Shown in pieces: positions 32,903-45,386 of a stretch of 64,000 nt of DNA (within the stretch, counting starts at the first letter, position 1; each line of letters starts with the position of its first letter). A model generated the notes under the pieces. That model saw only the letters and a program-made list of their open reading frames with translations, made no database searches and was not told where the DNA came from. A program made the translations under genes and the position numbers. The stretch comes from Selaginella moellendorffii (Eukaryota > Plantae > Lycopodiophyta): assembly GCF_000143415.4 (NCBI RefSeq), contig NW_003314338.1, forward strand, positions 62,001 through 126,000. Direction: 5' to 3'.

Positions 32903-34033
32903 AGGTGAAATCAATTTGACAATTATTAAAATTCCATTATACTAATATTAGTATATAGTATTGTAATCATACACTTTTATCCCCTTTTCTTGGAATGATA
33001 GAAAATAGTCAAAGTTATTTGGACCTCACATCATCCCCTTTTCTTGGAATGATGGAAGATAGTGAAAGTTATTTAGTGGACGGGTCAAGATCTAAAGAAA
33101 TATCAAAAGGAGGTATCGGTGGATCTATAAGTAGTGTCAATTATTCTTAATCCTTTTGTATAAAGTATTTCAACTGTTACATATGTATAATTTTTGGAGG
33201 ATCAGATTGTTAGATGTCATGCTAAACATTATAAATTTGTGGTCTAACGTGCTATAACACCTAATATAGTCCCTTCCACTGAGCAAGTAGCCTTTTAGAT
33301 AAACCACATACTGTAAGATTGAGAAAACAGACTAATACTAAGTTATCCACTCTGTACTTTGTAAGTGGACGATGATGGGAGTTATAACGCTATTATTATC
33401 CTACTTGTATGTAGCTCAAATGTTCAATAGACTCTGCTTGGATTAGTGAAAGAATGCTCATCAAATACTAATCCTAAGACCTAGCATTGGTAGCTTATGG
33501 CAATTGCAAAGTTAAACTCAACTCTATTGGTAGTATTGGATCATGACGATATAAGAGATTATATGGTGATGCATCAATAAAACTCTACACCTCTATGATA
33601 TACATATACCGAAGAAACAACAAATAACTATCCTAATTTGAATGTTGAAAGTTCATATACTTTACAATCATTCATTTGAAGGTCCAAATGAGCCATTCTA
33701 CCAAACCATTTGATTATGGATGATAAGCACTTATAAAAGTGTGGTATATTCCTAATCAAGACTTTAAGACCAAGACCATTATCTGAAAGAATTCATTTTG
33801 GGTAGGAATGCTGGAACACCACTTGATTAAGAAGGAAGTATCTAACAGTAGTTGCAAATATACTAGCAAGAGCTCTGACTTCCACTTAACAAGTCAAGTA
33901 GTCAAAAACCATAATGATATACTCATTGCCAACAATCGACTATGGAAAAGGCTTTATCATATCAAACACTACTAACTCTAATGGACAGGAAATTGTAATT
34001 AACTTTAACTGTCCTTCCGCAACATAAGGAGGA

Positions 34034-35120
34034 TGTAGGCCACAAAGCTTTTTCTTTCCAATTTGCCAACTTATTTCGTTTATCTGACCACCACTGCTTT
34101 AGCTTTAGTTAAGTTCTTTTGCCAAGGTTCCCATATATTGTACTAACTCCTATTTGGTCCTACTTAGCTTCAGCAACTCACTACATGAGCAACAGAATGT
34201 TAGCCATCCATCCACGAATTCCCAAATTCTTTTCCAATCCCCCTCCCCGGGTTAGATTGGACTTAAGGTTCAACTACACACCCTGCAGGCACAAGTAGAT
34301 AAGCACACCAAACCTCCAGATTCCTAACATCCCATAGTATAGCAAGATTTGATTATAGGACCCTATAAATCCTAAGCCTTAGGTGCAACACTTGCTTTAG
34401 GACACCAAGGAGAAACACCATAACCTAACGGCCTGGTATGGGTACCCCTACTCCCCCATTTCCATCTTGAAGGGAAGGCCCAAAGGGCGAGGACAAATGA
34501 GTCACAAGGTACTTAAGTGGGGCACCACTCCACATGAGCTAGGAGCACTGTAGTTAGTTTCCCTTCTGGGAGTGGGAGCTACTTTTGAGCACTTCCTTGG
34601 GTGGCCCCTCCAGCACCACTTGAGTCTATGCTCACTCCCACCTAAGGCCCCTAAGCCCCAGTCTCAACCTCAAGTCAGTTTGGAAGCACCACTAGAGAGT
34701 TCTTTCAAGACTAGTTCGTATACCTCACTATCCTTACTATACTTTTAAAACCCCCTACAGCCCTCTCCCCCCCCCAGGAGACAAATGCTTTGGGCTTTCA
34801 CCCCATGACCTATATTAGTATTCGGACTTAATCTTGGACTCGATCTCAGACTCAACCTCGGACTCGGTCTTAGACTTGATCTTGGACTAGATCTTGGACC
34901 CGACCTTGGACTCTGTCTCGAACTCGGTCTCAAAGTCGGTCTCGGACTCGGTCTCAGAGTTGGTCTCGGACTCAATCTCGGACTTGGTTTCGAATTCAGC
35001 CTCAGAATCGGTCTCGAACTTGATCTCGGACTCGGTCTCATCTGATAAACTCTTTATCATTTTGGTCGTGCTTTTGGGGATCCTTCAGCCTATAACACCT
35101 CGGGGAGTTGGTTCATTATA
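34034..35120. mobile_element. Solo LTR, family C (about 1.09 kb, with GACTC-type tandem repeats)
   Basis: Begins TGTA, ends TTATA (decayed TTACA); flanks GAGGA/AAGGA; cleanly interrupts the old family A integrase; related copy at 44386-45386. Confidence 0.75.
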
Positions 35121-37862
35121 AAGGAATATTACAAGTTTGGCACTAAATATAGCTACACATATATTAGATAATATCATGTCGCATCTCCAGCCAATAAAAA
35201 GACTTGTATAACTTCTCAGTCACATGATAATGTGTGATATGCCCATCTAAAATAGGAGAATTATGGTAGATTTGGAGAAAGTGTGGAATAAAGATTGAAG
35301 GCACCACTAGTAGTAAATAATCATCAAGATCTGTCCCCACAAAATAAAAATTAACCTCAAGGCAATATTAATAATGTAAATGCCAAAATGGCAAGTCATT
35401 AGCAAGTGATGCAAAATTCTCAATCCCGTTGCGAAGCTTTCAGATCCACAACTCAACTTTTTGAGCCTTATGAATCTCATCAAGAGAAAGTAAATCTTGC
35501 TCTATATCTTGTGAATATTGAACATCAAATACAACAACTATTGATGGCATGGAATCTTTATCCAAAATATCTATAAATGTTGGAACAACAAGTTCATCAA
35601 AAATATGAAAAGAGAGCAAAGAAGGAAGAGGAGCTTGTGAAAGGGTGTCAGCATCAACTATAAAACTCCTTGGGTGGTGAACAACATTGAAATTATATAT
35701 CTAAAGTTTTAAAGCCCACCTAACAATACAACTAACCAAGTGCTTTCGCTTTAATAATGAAGTAATTGCAGCATGAACACCTTTTAATTGTAAATAGGCA
35801 TGAAGTTTCTCAAAACCCTAAACTACTATTAAACATTCCCTTTTTGTCGTGGAGTAATTCACCTTTACTGGTTGTAATATATAGATTATGTATGCAATGG
35901 GATGGCGACACACTCAAGCTCTCTTACATTCGAAGACCAATATTAAAAGCATCCACGCACAAAATAAAAGGTCGAATGTAGTCAGGATATGCCAAAATTG
36001 GAGGAATCATCAATTCTTTGAGATCCATAAATGCCTACTCACAGTTCATGGATAAGATGAAAGATGACATTGACAACTTCAATAATGTTCATAATAGTGC
36101 AAGATAATAAAAAAGATAATAAAAAAATAGTTGAGATATTGCACCTTATTTAAAGTGAGATTCTTCCAAGTGGTTAAGTGATTAAAATAGAATGGAAAAC
36201 TTAGTCACTTACAACAATAAAGACAAATAAAATATATAAATTAAAATCATAGAGATATAAAGTTTAAATTTGGCAAGAAGGTGTAGCTGAATACGAAGAC
36301 CCTAAGGTTACTAAGTAGGATAAGCCATAAAGTATAGTTTATTTATTCTTGGAATGAAGTGATATTAAATTCTTTAAATAGGTTTACAATTGAGGCTTAA
36401 TAAAATTGAGGCTTAAATTGGTAGGGTACCATCTCAAATGTCCTCAGGAGATGGGGAAAATGACAATATTATACAAAAACTTATTCAAGTTATACTTTGA
36501 GGACCTCCTTCATGAAAAGACAAGCCTTGAGCTTGTGTATAATCAACACAATGGCCCTAGGGTTGTGACCTTGAATCTAATAGATCAAATCTTTAGAGTG
36601 TTCTCTTGAGAGGATTGAGAGAGTTTTAGAGAGGATTTCTGAAGTAGGAGAGAGTACCTCATGGCCTGCTAGTGGCAATGTAATGGCCTTAAGCAAATCT
36701 AAGGGATAGAAGAGTGTTTTTGGTCTCTTTCTTCCAAGGGTGTGTAACAGTGGGGCAATTGCACTTTGCCCAGTGTTTTGGAACTCCCATCTTGTCAGTT
36801 CTAGAGTGGTTTGCAGCCAGCTAGTGGAAACACAATAGCCCCATCCCTTTTCTCTTTCGCACAAGACCCTAAAAAATAGAAAAATAAAAGGTCATTCTAT
36901 GAGAAGCCACCAGACTTGAGCAACCACCTATATAGAGAACAGAGGAAAATTGAAGTGCATCAAAAAGAAACTTAAAAGAGCCATCTCCCCTTTTTTTCAC
37001 TCTAGAAAACCATGATCACATGTATACAAACTAAGGAATAAACTCTTCATTTTAGTCACTCCTTTTTGGAGTAATCTACCACCTAATTTTTATTAGTTTT
37101 TATAAGTTTTAATTTGATTAAGTGAAGTTTCTTTTGCTGGAGTAAAGTTTACTCGAAGAGTGAACCCTTACAAAAACAATGTTTTGGCAGACATCAGGGT
37201 TGGGCTGTCAAGGGGAAGGACACGAGATCAACGCGCCGTTTGGTTTTGGCCAGTACCACAGGCGAGCTGTGAGGGAATCGATCTCCTGCCGTGAAGAACA
37301 GATGATGAGTGAATCGTTCTCGGTGGCACAGCTGCCGAGTTCGTGCTTGTGTCACACGTTGTTCCAGTCCTCCAAAAGAAGGTGAAAGAAATTTATCCGA
37401 GCTTATAACTCACGATCCAATCTGGGTGTGGCGACATTCTCTCTTTTGTAGAAAGAGAGGAAATTGTAGCACAGTATGCGAGGTCCTCTGTTGCAGCCAC
37501 AAGCGAACGGTACAATGAGTATTGTTTCTTTTCTTTGTCCATCATGACGGGTCGAGATCTTCGTGAGGTTGTTTGTCAACAGGCAGCTTCTAAGGCGAAT
37601 TTCATTTTTATTACTGGGAAAGATTTTACATCTTCGATTCCTACAGCTAATCAAGGACTCGTTTCAAATCCACCCTAGCTTCGTCCTGCTCTGAAGTACA
37701 TCGTGTCTGCTGCAAAGATACTCGTGAAATGGGCCGAAGAGCAGGTTGTACAGCAATCCTCCAGCTCTTTTTTATTGCCAGGCTTCACCTTTTACATAAG
37801 TCTGAGAATCGTTCAAGGAGCGCGGGTCTCAAGTAAGCTCTCATCCTTGACAAACAAGAGTC

Positions 37863-39117
37863 TCAGACCACCAAGCCTGGTAAGTCGTCGTCCTCCTTAT
37901 CACTATCAAACTTCTCACTGTCGGCTGCGTAGGTTCTGTTTTGGAGAGCTCTCTTCCTCAGCATGTAGACGTTGAAGTAGTAGCTTACCAGGTCCTCCCG
38001 GCTCCTCCTTCCCGCGAAGGAAGCTTGGAGGTCCGGCCAAAACTTCTCCTCCTTGTCCCCGCGGCAGCTTCTCACGATCTCCGCAAACTCAGCTTGCTCT
38101 TGCCTGCTCCACTTGCCCGACTTGATCAAGCTCTCCCCCATTGTGTGGAATCCCCACTCCTGGAAGACGTCCTCTCCCAGCTCCAGCTTGAGCTTCCTGC
38201 GTTGCTCGTCAACGTGTTGCTTCACACAGTCTTCCGAACGATCGTCCGTGCAGAAGCACATACTAGTGGTATGGCTTCTCATCGCTCTTTTGGACCAGAC
38301 CACTCTTCCTAGAAAGAGCTTCGAGTCGTCGTTGTCGGCATTGAGAGGCACGGAAGAGGGAACTTCGGCTTGAAAGCTTGGTCCGATTGGAACGCTCTCA
38401 GGCTCTGATGTTGGAGGCTGAAGTCTGGGTCGAGGTGTCAAAGAGCGAAGGCTATACTTGGAAGGTCGTCGTGGTCTATTGTTCTCGTATCTCTGAACAT
38501 ATAAGTAGACATAATTAGTTATGAAAATGACCATAAACTATGTAGGGTACCTTCTGGTGTCTGTATTGTTGGTTATCTTGCCTATGGAGGCGACCCAAAA
38601 ACCCCCTTATTGTTGCTTGAAATTTCTCGTTCTCCCCTTCACTGTGGGCTACAATTCCTGGATCTAGAGCCAACTTCCTCACATGGGCTAGGGCCTCTTT
38701 GACATGAGAGTGGATTGGTCGCTTTACATTTGAGTCAACATTCCCTTTGGTGGCATTTGCAGGTGCAACACCAGCACCAAAGACTTGGCCACTCTCAAAA
38801 GCTTTAAGGTACTTGAGATACACTAATTTGACACTAGGCCCACAATGTGGTGGCAACCCTATAGAGGATGCTACATCCCCCCACTTTCTAGACCCACTAG
38901 TTTTAGAGTACCCACCTGATTCTTTCACTTTGTCTAGCAAGAGTGCAAGGTTCACTTTGCTGCCTGCTACGAAAGCTGGAAGTGGCCTCTGCCCAAGTGC
39001 TCTTCTAGCTTGTAATACCCACTCAACCTTCTTCTCAAATACACTCATCTCCTTATCAGACCTAAAGCCCACTAGGTAAGGATTTTGCACCTTAAAAGGG
39101 GCAGATAAGGGTTTCAA
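37863..39117 (-). CDS. ARID-ELM2-SANT chromatin protein (plant ARID1/ARID2-like), at least 2 exons; start uncertain (ATG at 39048 or upstream)
   Basis: ARID: VNLALLLDKVKESGGY...KWGDVASSIG...VYLKYLKAFE. ELM2: VPIGPSFQAEVP, CFC.D..SEDCVKQHV, ELG..F..WGF..MGE. SANT-like: WS..EQ..F..IV, LVSYYFNVY.LR.RA.QNR. Intron about 38493-38550. Confidence 0.85.
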
Positions 39118-40799
39118 ATATTGAAAGTTGCAACTCTTACAATGATTCTAATTTCAGAAATTTAGCACCAAATTGTTGCTGGTGACTGATTCGAGCAAAC
39201 GCATCACAATAAGCCGTCACTTGCCAAATACAATTAGCTGCGACCAAATGTCAATGTATTTATACTCTTATGAGATGAGGCCATTGGCAAGTGGATACAG
39301 GTAGAATCATGTTGCACAGTGAGTTTGTCAAGTGAGAAAGACCTGGGGTTGTGTTTGGGAGTGTGCAGGGCGGCTGCTAGGGATTTTGAGGGGCATGAAG
39401 GATCGAGAGTTTGTATCAGTAGTTGCCAACTTCAGTGTTCACCGGCGGTATGGATAGCTTTTGTCAGCAATGCTAGAACTATCCTCTTGATGCTAGGTAG
39501 GACATAGTGCAGTATTTTCTGTTGCACTGTAACATGGATACATCATTGTGTTCGTTTCGATCCGGCTCAAGAGGCAATCACGTATCTCAAGCATTGTCTG
39601 CAAGGGTTAGATCGACCAGCAATCTGTTTTGCAAATGCTAGTCCGAGATTGGATTTCCTTGCGGTCTCTCTAGTGTGATTGGTGTGCATAGCAAGAGACT
39701 GGAGAAAGAGGCTTAACGTCACCAAGACGTGGTTTCTGATTGGATAGATCACTCGAAACGTTGCTCTGGACAAATACCAGGCTGGAACTTGTTTTCTCCT
39801 TTTGGAGAGAAAACACTAGAATGTCTCCGTGGAGATGTGGCATACTCATACTCAACATACCTCGAAAAAAGGTAGGTTGTTCAAATATATGGAGCTTTAT
39901 ACTGAATTCCAGCGGGAATTAAACACATGCTGGTGCATCTACAGCTTGATAGCTTCATGCATCCTACCATCGGCAACCATGCTCTTACGCTTGTCAGCTT
40001 TGCTCAGAAGAATAGATGCGCGATTTAGTTGGACAGCTAGGCAGCCCTGCAGATAGTGTCCAGCTAGCCTTGCAGATAGTGTTCTTTGTCCCAGGCCTGG
40101 GGAGTCCGAGTGGTATGCACGCTCGTGTGTAGCTGGAGAGTGTGTAAGAGACCGAATTTTTTTGTAAGTGTGCTCGGTAGACCACTCGCACCTTGGGACG
40201 ACTGAGATGACATGCAGACCTACACGGTTCAGACGGCTCTGCAATCCCGCAAGACTCTAGCTTCTTGAAGCTTTCCACAAGCATCGCTACATACCACATG
40301 CCTATATTGCAAGATGTAGTACAGTTGGTTGAGCAATCTTCTAACTGATTCAGTGCTCACGTGTTTTTGATTTTTCGTAAGAGTAAAAAGTAAGGGTAAA
40401 TATTTGGGCTGGCCGGGCTGCTTTTTAAAGACTGAATTTTTTTAAACTCTCAATAATCTCTTCAAAAAAATTGAATAAACTATATTTTTTTTTTTATTCT
40501 TATGACATAGAATTATGTCAATTTTTAGTTTTAAATATATTTAATTTCAGTAAACACTTTCACAATGAATCAGGGGATTGTGGCTTTTAATGAGAAAGCC
40601 ACATTAAAAGCAACTAAGACTTACATTTCCAACTCTCATTGAACTTTCTACAAGTTCTTTAAGTTTAATGCTTAAGTAAACTTGGTAGTGAATATACTTA
40701 AAATATACTTCCATTTAACAGTTATTAATAGTTTATATTAATCTTGTGTTTATAATTTATAAACTTTCTAAACACCTCCTAGTATATTCTAAATTACTA

Positions 40800-42450
40800 A
40801 CAAGGATATGTTAGAGGATGTGCCATAAATCATTTGATCTTCTAACTGTCAGACTCCCATTGTAATGTTGGCAACAAGAAGTTCCTTCTGTTTGAGAGCA
40901 TGTGCATAGGAATTGCCATCCAGCTTGTTCTCCTTGCATGCAATTCAAAGGCCCAATCAATCTCCACACCAAAACTTTCTGGCACAATTCCAACCACAGT
41001 ATGCTTGTAAATATGGTTTTTTTGTTTTTCTATATACTATATAGTTCCAATAAAATAAAACTAGGTGAATAGGATTTTTCAACCAAACATATAATTCGTA
41101 TATATGTGTGTTTCGACATGATTCTTTCAAAAGCATAGTTATGAAACTGAAACTACATAACATATGATTTTATAAAGCTTATTATAAATTGATGTGGTTT
41201 TAAATGTAGATGATATATGATTCTCTTAAGCACTATTATAGAACTAGAACACAATCTACTATTCATTATAGATATTTTTTCATATAGATAATGTTGTGGT
41301 TTATAATGTCTTGAAGGGATAATGCTGTGGCTTATTAGATTTAGTACAAAATTTAAGCACAATATAATTTTTAATAAATCTGATATATTATTAATGATTC
41401 TCTCAAGCATTATCATGAAATTAAAACACAATATGGTTGTTGATTACACTTTGGCCAACTAATCCTATGTTGTAAAGTGCTAAAAGTATGTTGCAAATAT
41501 ATATTTTATTACAAATAAATTAAATATTATTTTAAGAAAAATTACATTTATATCTTTCAAACATTCAAATTTTCCCTAAAATTACAATTTTACTCTTACA
41601 AAATTTCAAATATTACACCCTTCAACTAGAATAATCTAGAATATTCTACTTGTTAATATATATTCAAGAGAAAACAAATAAAATAAAAGAAAACCAAAAT
41701 AAATTAATCAAATTGGGTACCACAAAATTTGTGAGAAATGTCCACTTGATGGCATCATCTACAATAGAAAGCCCTCTTCTCTCAACCCATACAAAGTTTC
41801 CCTTTCGAAGAAAGAATGTTATTTCTTAATAGTTGTGTATTACCTTTATAGAAGCCCTCCAAATCAAAAGGATAGATAGCACCTATATATACCCCATAGT
41901 AAGCTTTAAGTGAGTAGCAAGGATGGGTATAGGATTGCATATGTTCCCTCAAGAACATGATAGCTACAGTTGCATGAGTACATGGAATACCAATCTTCTC
42001 TCAATTGAAGCAAGAATAAGTCTTTTTGGCAAACCTTATAACTCAAACATTGTGCTTTGAGTGAATCTTGAATAATTTTATATCAGCCAGACGAACAATA
42101 TAGTAACAAGCACAACTACATGCTTCATGAATTTGAGCCTCAGCAATATCCACTAAATTAGTGGAAGCCATATTACTAGCACCATCCTAAACTCTACACC
42201 ATTCAAATCATCACTTAAAGAACTGAGTCATCAATTTTGATTTAAAGACTTCTAGCATACCCAAAATTGACCACTCACATGCCTCAAGTAATTAAGCATT
42301 GAAAGACTGTTATATTGGATGTCAAATGTCTAAAAAGTTCTGCCTTAAAATTTATTATGCATTTCACTAATTGCCTCCTTAAAAGAAGTTGGAGAAATGA
42401 CTTGAGTAGCTTTCCACCCCAAATTGAATAGAATATGCTAGATTATTCTC
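40800..42450 (-). pseudogene. Decayed Mutator/MULE-like transposase remnant with SWIM-finger-like motifs
   Basis: Minus-strand translation near 41900-42000 gives IGIPCTHATVAI...HPCYS...Y (MULE SWIM-like); a second CTC...CCQH near 40865-40910; AT-rich with many stops. Confidence 0.45.
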
Positions 42451-42769
42451 AGAACTTCCAAAGTAAATTTGTAATTTTGCAGTCTGAGGGGAATAAATAT
42501 AATTTTCTCTTAATTTTATTCCAAAAACTAAAAGTAAACTATACTAGAAACTTATGATTGCAAACTAGATTAGAAACTATTTCTAGTGTGGTTCAAACTA
42601 GCACTAGAAATCCATTGCTACTATAAAGCACATGAACCATGCTACAAACCATTCTAAACTCAAATATGAACCAATTTAAAAACCATTCACAAAACCATAA
42701 AAATATCAATTGCAACTAGTTAAATTAAAAAAACCATATTCATGGATGCTGTGAACAGTAAATGGGTAG

Positions 42770-43168
42770 TAGCTATTAAAACTAGCATTCACTATCAGAT
42801 AGATAGTGACCTAAATCTATATGCAAGAGAGTACCTTTTTTAGCTATATTTCCTGGTTCTAGAATGATTGGAACTGCACTAGAGTGGGGAGATTGGAGAT
42901 ATTGGTGTGGTGCAGATTGATCTTGCTTCCTGGCAGCCCATTCCAGATTTTAAACTGGTTATAACTTTCAAAAAAGGTGTAGCTTCAGTAAATCAATGGT
43001 AGCTATTAAAATTGGCATTCACTGTGGGATAGATAGTGACCTAAATCTATATGAAAGAGAGTCTCACCTCACCACTTGAACAACTTCTTCAGCTACATTT
43101 CTAGGTTCTAGAATGATTGGAATTGCATTGGAGTGGGGAGATCGGAGATATTGATATGGTGCAAATTG
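42770..43168 (+). repeat. Imperfect direct repeat of about 150 bp (42770-42920 and 42998-43168)
   Basis: Shared blocks GTAGCTATTAAAA..CATTCACT..GATAGATAGTGACCTAAATCTATATG..GGTTCTAGAATGATTGGAA..GAGTGGGGAGAT. Confidence 0.75.
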
Positions 43169-44200
43169 TGTAAGTGATTAATTTTTCCATTATACTTTAG
43201 TCACTTAACCATATATTTGACCATTTAGAGAAGTCCCACTCATAACTTTTATAAGTTCTATTCTTAACTTGGGGACTTAATAGCCCTACAAATAGCCTCT
43301 ATACCACTTTAATTTTGCACTTAGTCTAAGTGTTTTATATATCCAATCTCAACACAAATACCTAAAGGTACCATTGATATATCAAACTATTACACTTTAT
43401 AGGTGTCATCCTTTTGATTCCATAGCAAAGGCTACTTTGCCAAATCCAAGAGGTATTCACTCTTAGTTAGCATTTTTTGTTGTGGGCTCTATCTTTGGTT
43501 TAATCTTACAACTCTAAGTTTTTAGAGACTACTTTTTTTATACTTACAATACTATTGTATTATCACAACTTATTTCACTTAGATGTCTTTCCCATTTGGT
43601 CACTTTGACCAAATCACACCATTACCAACATTTCAAAAACTAGGAAATTTATTCCTTAATCTAACAAGGAAATTATCCTTGTTTAGCCATAGCATCACCT
43701 AGTGATCTCCCATAGACACATTAACATGTCTATCAATAGGTATTAAATCTGCCCGATCTTTAAGTTGTTGACCATAACCTTGGGGGTGGCAGTATGCCTA
43801 AGCTAGCCCTTTTGGTCAAGGGTTTATAATAATTGAGATTGGGTGTCCCTATATTTTTTTACCACGTTCTCAATGCCACTTATACCAGAGTGTTCAAATT
43901 AGATATGTTAAGCTTTTACACTAAGCACTTTTACTATGCATTATGACTCTAGGGCATCCCCTATTTAGGGGTGTGCCTAAGTCAACTTCCTTATTGAGAG
44001 TCTATGAACACCAAAAATGAGTGTCTTTATATTCTAAACCATCACTATGCCCTAGTAGGTTGGGACTTGAACCCAAACATGAGACTCAAACTCAACTTCT
44101 GTATACTACATCACCTAGAATGCTTGATGTGATTCTAGTTCATTCGGGCTTTCAAGTCCTCTCACTTGATAAGCTAGTTGATCAGTTTGTGATCATGTAT
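43169..44200 (-). mobile_element. Decayed LTR related to family B (right boundary uncertain)
   Basis: 43169 onward (TGTAAGTGATTAATTTTTCC...TTTAGTCACTTAACC) is the reverse complement of the family B LTR 3' end (61200-61283). Confidence 0.55.
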
Positions 44201-44203
44201 AGA

Positions 44204-45386
44204 TGTGAGACACAAATCCCTAAGCCCTAAAGTAGAGCCAAAAGTGTGCCATATAGCAGTGGTCGAAACAAAAGTCTAACAAATGTAACACATTGGGACC
44301 AAAAGCTCCAACCTGGAAAGTCAAGAGTGGGAGTGAAACTCTGAACAAAGTGCTCGAGGAATGAGTCTCTAGAAAGGGACACAAGTGTAAGGAACAAACT
44401 CCCTGAGGTGTTGTAGGGTAAAGGATCCCTGAAAACATGACCAAAATGATAAAGAGTTCATCAGATGAGACCAAGTTTGAGATCAAGTCAAAAAACGACT
44501 CTGAGACTGAGTTCAAGACTGAGTTTGAGATTGAGTCTAAGACCGAGTTTAAGACCGAGTCCAAGATCTGAGATCAGGTCTGAGACCGAGTCTAAGATTG
44601 AGTTCAAGACAGAGTCTGAGATCAGCTTTAAGATTGAGTTTGAGATCGAGTCCAAGACAGAGTCCAAGGTTGAGTATGAGATTGAGTCCGAGCCACTCCA
44701 CATGAGCTAGGAGCACCGCGGTCAGTTTCCCTTCCGGGAGTAGGAGCTGCTCTTGAGCAGTTCCTTGGGTGGCCCCTCTGGCACCACCTGAGTCCATGCT
44801 CACGCCCACCCAAGGCCTCTAAACCCTAGCCTCAACCTCAAGTCAGTTTGGAAACACCACTGGAGAGTTCCTTCAAGACTAGTTCCTAGACCTTACTATA
44901 ACTACTATACTTTTGGAACCCCCTGCAGCCCCCCCCCCCGGGAGACACATGCTTTGGGCTTTCACCCCACAACTTGTATGAGTATTTAGACTCAGTGCCC
45001 CACGTGAGTACCTTGTGGCTCATTGTTCCTCGCCCTTCCTAGGGGCTTAGGCCTTTCTTTCAGGATGGAAGTGGGGGAGTAGGGGTACTTATATTGGGCT
45101 GTTAGGCCATGGTGTTTCCCCCCAGTGTCCTGAAGCAAGTGTTGCACCCAAGGCTTATGATTTAGAGGGTCCCATGATCAAGTCTTGCTGTACCAAGGGA
45201 TGTTAAGAACTTAGAGGCTTAGTGTGCTTGGTTGCTTGTGCCTACAGGGAGTGTAGTTGAATCTTAAGTTAAGTCCAATCTAACCTAGGGAGAGAATTTG
45301 GGAATCCATAGATGGATGGAAATGCTCTGTTACTCATGCAATGAGTTGTTGAAACCAAGTAGGAGCTTGTACGAAAAGTGGGAACC
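44204..45386 (+). mobile_element. Nested LTRs: family B 5' fragment (44204-44385) interrupted by family C LTR (44386-45386)
   Basis: 44204 matches the start at 59464; 44386 onward matches the reverse complement of the 35120 end. Confidence 0.75.

Larger units (their letters stand above)
14014..36150 (-). mobile_element. Old, decayed copy of Ty3/gypsy family A (3' LTR, INT, RNase H, part of RT), interrupted by the young array (14071-32902) and a solo LTR (34034-35120)
   Basis: 14014-14070 joined to 32907-32975 aligns by eye to the reverse-complement family A LTR. 33020-34033 and 35121-36150 align to reverse-complement pol with many G>A/C>T changes. Confidence 0.85.

Noticed and set aside
37150-37860. 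Possible small spliced gene on the + strand
   Set aside because: Splice-like signals are present, but I could not assemble a recognisable or continuous reading frame.
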